This document shows positions 52,812-61,401 of a stretch of 64,000 nucleotides of DNA, piece after piece (within the stretch, counting starts at the first letter, position 1; each line of letters opens with the position of its first letter). Both the position numbers and the translations under genes were made by a program. Source of the stretch: an uncultured Actinomycetota bacterium (GTDB lineage: Bacteria; Actinomycetota; Thermoleophilia; RBG-16-64-13); assembly GCA_963777945.1 (NCBI GenBank), contig CAVZSN010000010.1, positions 4,473 through 68,472 of the forward strand, read 5' to 3'. The notes under the pieces are model-generated. The model did not search any database and was not told the DNA's origin. It saw only the letters and a list, made by a program, of their open reading frames with translations.

Positions 52812-54564
52812 ATGCCGTCCATGCAGAGCGACCAGAGAGGAGAATGCTGCAGCGGAGGCTGGTAGGCCGGCCGACCGGCGAGGTGCTCGTCGACATGGGT
52901 CTGCTGACCCAGGAGCAGGTCGACCAGGCGGCGGCCGAGCAGCAGGTCACCCATCAGCGCATCGGGGAGATAGCTCTTTCCAAGGGCTGGGTGACCAAGG
53001 GCGATCTCATGCAGGCGCTGGCCCGCCGCCTCGGCGTGCAAGTACCTCGATCTGAGCCGTCACCCGCATCGACCCGGTGGCCCTCGAGCTGATCTCCGAG
53101 CGCGACGCTCGCCGGTACTCTGCGATCCCGGTCAGCTTCGTGGACGAGCACACCGTGCTCGTGGCGATGGCCGACCCCTCGAACATCGTCGCCATCGACG
53201 ACCTGCGCATCCTGACCGGCTTCGATATCGAACCAGGACTGGCCAGCAACGAAGAGATCGTCGAGATGCTCAGCAAGCTGCGCTCTGCCGGACGACCAGC
53301 TCTCGCGAGGACTTCGAAGCAAGGATCGGGGCCGGCGAGGAGGACGTCCAGTCGTCGACGACATGCGCGACATCCGCGAGCAGGTGGAGGCCGCGCCGGT
53401 CGTCAAGCTGGTCAACGGCGTGCTCGCGCGCGCGGCGGACGAAGGCGCGTCGGACATCCACTTCGAGCCCCAGGCCAGGGATCTGCTGATCCGCTTCCGG
53501 CACGACGGCGTGCTCCACGAGATCATGACCATTCCCAAGACGACTGCAGGCCGGGGTCATCTCTCGTCTGAAGATCATGGCCGACCTCGACATCGCTGAG
53601 CGGCGGATCCCCCAGGACGGGCGCATCGGCCTCACCGTGGGCGGCCGGCCCATCGACATGCGGGTCGCCTCGCTGCCCACCGTCTACGGCGAGAAGGTCG
53701 TCATCCGCCTCCTGGACCGCTCCAACGTGATGCTGCGCCTCGAGGAACTCGGGCTTCTCCGAGCAGCGCTCTCAACCGCTACCGCCGCTCGTTCCAGAAG
53801 CCATACGGCGCCATCCTGGTCACCGGTCCGACCGGCTCCGGGCAAGTCCACCACGCTGTACGCCACTCTCAACATCCTCAACACGCGGGACAAGAACATC
53901 ATCACGGTCGAGGACCCGGTGGAATACCGGCTGGCAGGCATCAACCAGGTACAGATCAACCCCAAGGCGGGTCTGACCTTCGCGTCCGGCCTGAGATCGA
54001 TCCTGCGCTGCGACCCCGACATCGTCATGGTCGGCGAGGTGCGGGACAAGGAGACCGCCCAGATCGCCATCGAGTCGGCCCTCACCGGCCACCTGGTGCT
54101 GTCCACCCTGCACACCAACGACGCTCCCGGGCGCTCTCACCCGGCTCACCGAGATGGGTGTCGAGCCCTTCCTGACCGCGTCGGCCGTGGACTGCGTGAT
54201 CGCCCAGAGGCTGGTCCGCAAGCTCTGCGAGTACTGCCGGGAGCCGTACACACCTACCCGGGACATCCTTCGTCAGGTGGGCTTCACCAGCGACGCGATC
54301 GACGAGCAGGGACGAGATCACCCTCTACCGCGCCGTCGGTTGTCCTCGCTGCAACAACACCGGCTACAAGGGCCGCATGGGCGATCTACGAGATCATGCT
54401 GGTGACCGAGGCGATAGAAAGGCTCATCGTCGAGCGCAAGAGTGCCGATGAGATAGGGCGAGTAGCCACGAGCGGAGGGCATGATGTCTCTTCGCCAGGA
54501 CGGCCTTGAGCGCGTGCTCCAGGGGATGACCAGCATCGAGGAGATCTCCCGGGTCATCGTGTGA
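52812..54564 (+). CDS. pilB: Type IV pilus assembly ATPase PilB (GspE/PulE family) with MshEN-like N-terminus (indels)
   Basis: [67 protein letters not shown], CxxC zinc motifs. Confidence 0.94.
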
Positions 54565-54603
54565 CGCGGGAGATACGGACAGACGGACAGGGGAGAGCAG
54601 ACG

Positions 54604-55677
54604 ATGGATATAGGCGAGATCCTGAGAGAAGTGGTCCAGACGCAAGCATCGGACCTTCATCTGGCGGTGGGACTGCCGCCGGTCGTGCGTGTCGACGGCC
54701 ATCTGCGGAACCTCGAAGGCTACCCCGAACTGACGGCCAACGAGGCTCGCGAGCTCATCTACAGCATCCTGAACCAGGACCAGCGTCAGAAGCTCGAGAC
54801 CGACTGGGAGGTCGACCTCTCCTACTCTCTGTACGGCCAAGCCCGCTTCCGGGTCAACGCGTTCTTCCACAAGGGGACGCTCGCGGCGGCCTTCCGGCTC
54901 ATCCCGGTGAACATCAAGACGATCGACGAACTGGCGCTTCCCAAGGTGCTGCACACCTTCTGCCACAAGCCGCGCGGATTCGTGCTGGTCACCGGGCCGA
55001 CCGGCTCGGGCAAGTCGACGACCCTGGCCGCCATCATCGACGAGATCAACGAGACGCAGAGCGGACCACATCGTCACCATCGAGGACCCCATCGAGTTCC
55101 TGCACACCCACAAGCGCTGCGTGGTGAACCAGCGAGAGGTGGGGAGCGACACGAAGGGCTTTCCGCAGTCGCTCTGCGCTCCGCGCTGCGGCAGGACCCC
55201 GACGTCATCCTGATCGGCGAGATGCGCGACCTGGAGACCATCCAGATCGCTCTCGACCGCGGCCGAGACCGGCCACCTGGTGTTCGCCACGCTTCACACG
55301 CAGGACTGCCCGCAGACCATCGACCGCATCATCGACGTCTTCCCGCCTCACCAGCAGGAGCAGATCCGGGTGCAGATAGCCGCCACCCTCGAAGGCGTCG
55401 TCACGCAGCAGCTCCTGCCCAAGACTTCAGGAGCAGGACGGGTGGCCGCCTGCGAAGTCCTGATATCCACGCCTGCGGCCAAGAACCTCATCCGCGAAGG
55501 GCAAGACCCACCAGCTCTACACGGTCATGCAGACCGGCGGCCAGCACGGCATGCAGACGATGAACTCCTGCCTCGCCGACCTGGTTCAAGCGGAGCCACA
55601 TCAGCCGGGAGCTGGCGCTCCGGCGCTCGTCGGTGCCCGACGAGCTCGAGCGCCTGCTGCTGTCCGGCGCAGCCTGA
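54604..55677 (+). CDS. pilT: Type IV pilus retraction ATPase PilT (indels)
   Basis: [77 protein letters not shown]. Confidence 0.95.
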
Positions 55678-55740
55678 CTCGGACTCCCGGTGGGAGTGGG
55701 GGAGAGTGTGGATCGCCGGCGGGCAGCGACCTGCGACTCG

Positions 55741-55770
55741 CTATAGGCCCGGCGCTCCCGGGCCGATATA
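55741..55770 (+). promoter_or_regulatory. Putative sigma28/WhiG-type promoter for pilC
   Basis: C-TATA-N16-GCCGATAT in the pilT-pilC gap, about 53 nt upstream of the pilC start. Confidence 0.6.
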
Positions 55771-55822
55771 GAAGCAGAAGGACTTATCACGATCAGCACA
55801 GCGAACGAGGAGCTGAAGCGGA

Positions 55823-57042
55823 GTGGGAACTTTCACGTATACGGCTAAGAAGGAGCGCGGAGCCCTGTTCACCGGTGAAGCGATGGGCGACTCCAAGGCG
55901 GCGGTCGTCGCCGAACTGCGCCGGAAGGGCCTCACGGTCGTCAGTCTCGAGGAGAAGCGGGGCGTGCTCGACCTCAAGACCATGCTGGAGAACAGCAAGC
56001 GCATCAGCGTGCGCGACAAGGCGGTCTTCGCCCGGCAGTTCGCCACCATGATCAATTCGGGCCTCGCCGTGCTGCGCGCGCTGTACGTCCTCGAGGAGCA
56101 GACCCAGAACCCGCGGCTTCAAGAAGATCATCAAGGCTGGTGCGCGACGACGTCGAAGCGGGCATGCCGCTCTCCGACGCCATGGCCAAGCATCCGGCCG
56201 CCTTCGACCGGCTCTACGTCGCTATGGTGCGAGCCGGCGAGGCGAGCGGCGCGCTCGACCAGACGCTCCTCCGCCTGGCCACTCAGCTGGAGAAGCAGGA
56301 CAGCCTGCGCCGGTCCATCAAGTCGGCCATGACCTATCCGATCCTGATCGCGGTCTTCGCCATCATGGTCATGATCGGCATGCTGCTCTTCATCATCCCG
56401 ATCTTCGCCAACATGTACAAGGACCTGGGCGGGCAACTGCCCGAGCCTGACCCGGATGATGATGGGCGTCAGCAACATGCTGAAGGGCTACTGGTTCATC
56501 ATCTTCCCGGTGATCATCCTGATCGTGTGGGCCTTGATCCGGCTCAAGAACACCGAGCAGGGCCGCAGAGCCTGGGACCGCTTCAAGCTCAAGCTGCCCA
56601 TGAAGCTCGGGCCGCATCATCCAGAAGATCGCCGTGGCCCGCTTCAGCCGGACCCTCGCTACGCTGGTCGGCTCCGGCGTGCCCATCCTGCAGGCCATCG
56701 AGATCACCGGCAAGACCTCCGGCAACACGGTCATCGAAGAAGCCATGGTGGACGTCAAGGAGAGCGTCCGCAGCGGCGAGCCCATCGCCAAGCCTCTGAT
56801 GCGCGTCGCGGTGTTTCCGCCGATGGTCACGCACATGATCTCCATCGGGGAGGAGACCGGCGCGCTCGACTCCATGCTCAACAAGATCGCCGACTTCTAC
56901 GAAGACGAAGTCGACGCCGCCGTGAAGTCGCTCACGTCGATCATCGAGCCGATCATGATGATGTTCGTCGGCGGTCTGGTCGGGCGTCATCGTCATCTCC
57001 ATGTACCTGCCGATGTTCAACATGATGAACCTGGTCAAGTAG
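55823..57042 (+). CDS. pilC: Type IV pilus platform protein PilC (GspF family; indels)
   Basis: FARQFATMINSGL, MVRAGEASGAL, SAMTYP, RFSRTLATL..SGVPIL, IGEETGALDSML.KIADFYE, IEP, MYLPMF. Confidence 0.95.
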
Positions 57043-57069
57043 GACCGAGCTCGCACCGTCGGTTAGGCA

Positions 57070-57094
57070 GCGGCGGCTATCACGGGGCCGCCGC
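57070..57094. terminator. GC hairpin after pilC, possible terminator
   Basis: GCGGCGGC-N9-GCCGCCGC; no U-tract. Confidence 0.35.
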
Positions 57095-57161
57095 CTCGTC
57101 GCCGGGTCCGGCGGCTGCGCCGGCCGGAGTCATCCACGGTCTCCCTCGCGTCTATGTCGCA

Positions 57162-57189
57162 ATGCACGATAATGTGCATTATGTAAACT
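57162..57189 (+). other. dif: dif site (XerC/XerD chromosome dimer resolution site)
   Basis: ATGCACGATAA-TGTGCA-TTATGTAAACT has the 11-6-11 layout; right arm matches the B. subtilis dif arm TTATGTAAACT; AT-rich island at the point where gene orientation converges. Confidence 0.9.
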
Positions 57190-57256
57190 AGCACGATGCC
57201 GACGCACAGCTTGCGCGGCTCGGCCCCTCCCCGGCGGCTCCAGCGCGCGGTGAGTG

Positions 57257-57782
57257 CTAGACGGGGTAGCTCAGCAGGCTGAAGACGTCGTAGCCCTGCG
57301 AGCTTGTCGCGCCCGTCGAAGCTCGGTGAGCTCGATGATGAAGGCGAGTCCGGCCACGACACCGCCCGCCTCTTCGACCAGCTGGATCTTCGCCTTGGCA
57401 GTGCCACCGGTCGCCAAGCAGGTCGTCGTGGATGAGGACTCTCTGTCCCGGCTTGATCGCGTCGGCGTGCATCTCGAGCACGTCGGTGCCGTATTCGAGG
57501 GCGTACTCGCAGCGCTTGACCTTCCAGGGCAGCTTGCCGGGCTTGCGCGCGGCGGCGAAACCTACCCCAGTGGCGTAGGCCAGCGCCGCTCCCAGGATGA
57601 AACCTCGCGCCTCCGCCCCCAGCACCAGGTCGACTCTGCCTGCTCCTCGGGCGTACTCCGCCAGCTGAATCCACGGCGTATCTGAGGGCCTGCGGCTCCT
57701 GCAGCAGCGGCATGATGTCGTGAAAGAGGATGCCTTCCTTCGGGAAGCCCGGGATATGGCGGATGTACTTGTCGAGATCCAT
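57257..57782 (-). CDS. apt: Adenine phosphoribosyltransferase (indels)
   Basis: [47 protein letters not shown]. Confidence 0.96.
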
Positions 57783-57832
57783 GGTGCTCCTTGATCAGGA
57801 ATAGACGGACGCTGACAGGCGTCACGAAGCGT

Positions 57833-58548
57833 CTAGAGCAGCTTGCGCAGCTCCTTGTAGAGCAGCAGACTGCATCAACTGCGACAGGAGCGACCCCAGG
57901 TCCTCCACCATCTTCTCGCCGTACTCGCGCTTGTCGGCGTGCGTCGACCGCAGCGACGGCGTGGTGATCTGCTCCACAAGCGCCGCCTCCCGCTCGACCG
58001 ACGAGCTGAGCAGGCGAAGATTGCGGGGCTCCACCCCGAACCGGACCAGCAGCTGGCAGATGCGGGCGATCTCGAGGTCGCTCTCGGTGAAGACCGCTCC
58101 CTGCTGGCCCGGCCGATCGATAAGCCGATACTCGACGAGCAGGCGCAAGAAGGCCGCGTCGATGCCGGCATTCTCGCAGACCTCTTCCTGTGTATACACG
58201 GCGTCTTCACGCTTGAGGCCGCGGCTCGCCGCCCAGGCGGCCGGATGCGGCAGAGCGGCTGGCCGAGCATCCCGGGCGCAGGGCGCGTCGACGCGCTCGC
58301 GGATGACCTCGAGCGGCAGGTACTCGTCTCGCTGCAGGGTGAGGATCGTGCGCAGGCGCCGGACGTCGGCCGCCGCTGTACTTGCGGTAGCGTCCCGGGG
58401 TCCTGCTCGGGGCCAGGAGGCCCCGGTCCTCGAGGTAGCGGACCTTGGTGATGCTGAGGTCCGGGAAGTCCGACTTGCAGTTGATCGACCACCTGGCCGA
58501 TCGTCGAGCAGGTGCACCGTCGTCTTTCATAGTCGGTCCGGCCCTCAC
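57833..58548 (-). CDS. MerR family regulator (FtsR/Rv1828-like; indels)
   Basis: TIGQVVDQL, FPDLSITKVRYLEDRGLL.P.RT.GRYRKY, LQRDEYLPLEVIRE, FGVEPRNLR; follows an FHA gene as in other actinobacteria. Confidence 0.88.
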
Positions 58549-59028
58549 AGTTCACCGGTGATCTCGTCGGTCTGCTCCAGGAAGGCCAGCTTGAACTTGC
58601 CTATCTGCAGCTCGTCGCCATCGAGGAGCCTGTGGCGCTCGATCCGCTTGCGGTTGACGTAGGTGCCGTTGAGGCTGTTGAGGTCCTCCACCCAGAAACC
58701 CGCCTTCATCGCGGAGGACCCGGGCGTGATGGCGCGAGACGGTGACGTCGTCCAGGAAGAGGTCGCTGTGCGGGCTGCGCCCGATGGTGAGCACGTCGAC
58801 GTCGAGGTCGATGGTCTCCCCTTCGCGGCCGCCGCCGGAGCGGATGAGCAGGACGTGACCTGCCGTCCCCGACAGCGTCAAGCGCTCCTGCGCCGGTGTC
58901 CTCGCGCTCGCCCGCGAAGTACGTGATGGTCGTCTCTTGAGGTCGACGGCTATCAGCCGGCTGCCACAGCGCCGGCAGTAGTTCGAGTCTTCGGTGTTGT
59001 CGAAGCTACAGGTCGGGCAGTCGAGCAT
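58545..59028 (-). CDS. Zinc-ribbon + FHA domain protein (GarA/OdhI-like; indels)
   Basis: CPTC...CRRCG, ETTITY in a shifted frame, IGRSPHSDLFLDDVTVSRHHA, DLNSLNGTYVN, ELQIGKFKL. Confidence 0.9.
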
Positions 59029-59367
59029 CGGTCGTCCCTTCCCGGCTGAGGTGTCGCTGGTGAGTGCTCTCCCCACTCGCTTCGGCTCCTCCGACCGACT
59101 CGCCGTAGTCGGCGAACTGCCTGCGGATCTGCTCCTCGATGCCCTTGATCACTCGCGGGTCCTCGAAGATGCGGCTCGCGCGCCAGGTCGTCGGAATGCG
59201 CGACCACGTACGGGTCGTCGCAGGATGTCGTCGACGTGCCGGCCGCTCTCGACCTGACGTACGATGTAGCGGACCAGGCGCTCCTCGCGCACATCGACGG
59301 AGAGGTCACGAAACCGCTCTCGATACCTCGGGCTGGCGGCTCGCTCTTCTGGCTCACGGTCGACCAC
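59006..59367 (-). CDS. Hypothetical helical protein (indels; end approximate)
   Basis: VREERLVRYIVRQVESGRHVDDIL.DPYVVAH...RVIKGIEEQIRRQF; fills the gap between the RsiG-like and FHA genes. Confidence 0.6.
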
Positions 59368-59380
59368 TCACTTGCTGGGT

Positions 59381-59645
59381 TCAGCCGGCTCGCTGCCGCT
59401 TGCCACTGAGGATGTCGGTGAGCGCCGCCACATCGCCGCATCCAGCACCAGCCCGCCCCCGCGCTGTGCTTGTCGCGGAGCCGCCTGACCATCTCGGCCC
59501 GGACGATGTCGATCTCGCCGTGGAGAAGGCGTCTGCGCTTCGAGAGCTCCCGCTCCTCGGCCGCAAGCGGATCGGCCAGCTCGCGCAGCTCCTCGTCGCT
59601 GTACGACTGGATGTTGATCAGACGTTCGAAAGAAGTGTCGTCCAT
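59381..59645 (-). CDS. rsiG: Single-motif RsiG-like c-di-GMP-binding anti-sigma factor (indel near the 3' end)
   Basis: SDEELRELAD.LAAEERELSKRRRLLHGEIDIVRAE matches E-x3-S-x2-R-x3-(Q/H)-x3-D; C-terminal helix DVAALTDILSGK. Confidence 0.8.
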
Positions 59646-59661
59646 GGTGCTCCACACCCTT

Positions 59662-59698
59662 ACTATAGAGGTTCCCCCCGGAACCTTCAACCTGAGGT
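59662..59698 (-). promoter_or_regulatory. Sigma-A promoter of the rsiG-FHA-merR unit with overlapping dyads
   Basis: Minus strand TTGAAG-N17-TATAGT; dyads AGGTTCC-N4-GGAACCT (59669-59686) and ACCT-N8-AGGT (59683-59698). Confidence 0.6.
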
Positions 59699-59741
59699 GG
59701 AGATACGCACACGTGCGGCCGACGCGGCTACGCGGAAGCGG

Positions 59742-60125
59742 TTACTCTTCTTCGCTGAGGAGCTCCTCGTACTCCTCGGCGCTCATGAGATCGTCGATCT
59801 CGGAGGGATCCGCGAGGCGGACCTTGATGAGCCAGCCATCCTCGAAGGGGCTCTCGTTGATGAGCTCGGGAGCGTCGACGACTTCTTCGTTGACTTCGAC
59901 GACCGAACCGCTCAGCGGTGCGTAGACATCGGAGACGGCCTTCACCGATTCGACCTCGGCGTAGGGCGTCCCTGCCGTGACGTCCGCGCCTACCTCGGGG
60001 AGTTCGATGTACACGATGTCACCGAGTGTCTCCTGGGCGTAGCTGGTGAGACCAAAGACTGCGGTATCACCCTCGACCCGGGCCCAGTCGTGCTCCCTGT
60101 GGTACTTGAGGTTCTTGGGGTTCAC
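59742..60125 (-). CDS. gcvH: Glycine cleavage system H protein
   Basis: YHREHDW, AQETLGDIVYIELP, VESVKAVSDVYAPLSG (lipoyl-Lys), NESPFEDGWL; intact ORF. Confidence 0.97.
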   Translation of the reverse strand: MNPKNLKYHREHDWARVEGDTAVFGLTSYAQETLGDIVYIELPEVGADVTAGTPYAEVESVKAVSDVYAPLSGSVVEVNEEVVDAPELINESPFEDGWLIKVRLADPSEIDDLMSAEEYEELLSEEE

Positions 60126-60261
60126 ATGCGCTCCTTTCTCGCCACCATCGGCTGGCCGTCATGATAGCACAGCGGTTTTTGTCGCTCCGGACGGACGGAC
60201 GACACGCACGGGAGCGGCTTGTATACTCAGTGGCGTGATCCGCGCACAAGGAGGATGAGCG

Positions 60262-60760
60262 ATGCCAAGCCGCAGAGGACTGGTCATCAGCGACGAGCAG
60301 ATGAGGCTGATCGACGGCCGTGCTCGAGAAGCTGCGGATGGTGTCCGGCTCGCAGTTCGCCGCGCTCATCTCCACCAGCGGCCAGCCTATCGCCGTCTCC
60401 CCGCCGGACGTCGCGCTCCGACACGCTGTCTCTGGCGCTCTCGCCGCCAGCTCCTTCGCCGCCACCCGGCAGCTGGCCCAGATACTCAGCGAGCGCGAGT
60501 TCACGCTGCTCGTTCCACGAGGGCAAGGAAGCCAATCTCCACGTGATGCAGGTGACCGACCAGATCCTGCTTCTCATCACCTTCGGCCGCGATACCCAGG
60601 TGGGCCGGGTCCGTCTCTACACCAGCCGGGCGCTCGAGGTCCTCAAGCCGGCTCTCGAGACTGCCGAAAATACCAGTGGAGACGACCAGCGTGGTCGATC
60701 GCGAGTACTCACGCGAGAGTCGGCGCGGCGATAGACGGTCTGTTCTCCGGACAGAGGTGA
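60262..60760 (+). CDS. mglB: Roadblock/LC7 protein MglB (GAP for MglA; indels)
   Basis: LISTSGQPI, DTLSLA, FAATRQLAQILSEREF.LLFHEG, LLITF...QVGRVRL, C-terminal AIDGLFS; RBS AGGAGG. Confidence 0.85.
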
Positions 60761-60787
60761 CGCAGTAGCGGCAGTGGAGAACGACCT

Positions 60788-61374
60788 GTGGCACTGATCA
60801 ACCTCGCCGCGCGAGAGATCAACTACAAGATCGTCTACTACGGCTGCGGTCTGTGTGGCAAGACCACGAACATCCAGTACATCCACCGCCGCGTCAATCC
60901 CGCTGCGCGCGGACGCCTGGTCAGCATCGCCACCGAAGAGGAGCGCACGCTCTACTTCGACTTCCTGCCGCTGTCGGTGGGCACCGTCAAGGGTCTGCGC
61001 ACCCGGTTCCATCTCTATACCGTGCCCGGGCAGTCCTTCTACAACGCCTCGCGCAAGCTGGTGCTGCAGGGCATCGACGGCGTGGTGTTCGTGGCCGACA
61101 GCCAGATCTCCCGGCTGGACGAGAACGTCGACAGCTACCTCAACCTCTGGGACAACCTGCGGTCGCAGGGCGAGGATCTGAGCAGGCTGGGCATGGTGCT
61201 GCAGATGAACAAGCGCGACCTGGGCGACGATCTTCTCGGTGGCCGACCTGACCGAACTGCTCAACCACACCGGCTCGCCGGTGATCGAGGCCTGCGCCCT
61301 CAGCGGCGTCGGGCGTGTTCGAGACCCTCAAGACCGTCTGCAAGCAGGTGATCGCGAAGAGCACCGAGGCCTAG
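60788..61374 (+). CDS. mglA: Small Ras-like GTPase MglA (indels near the 3' end)
   Basis: [75 protein letters not shown]. Confidence 0.92.
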
Positions 61375-61401
61375 CTCGCGACCCGGTGCGTCGCCTCGCC
61401 G

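Noticed and set aside
60189-60203. Short GGAC tandem repeat in the gcvH/mglB divergent promoter region
   Set aside because: Only about three copies, as expected by chance in GC-rich DNA.
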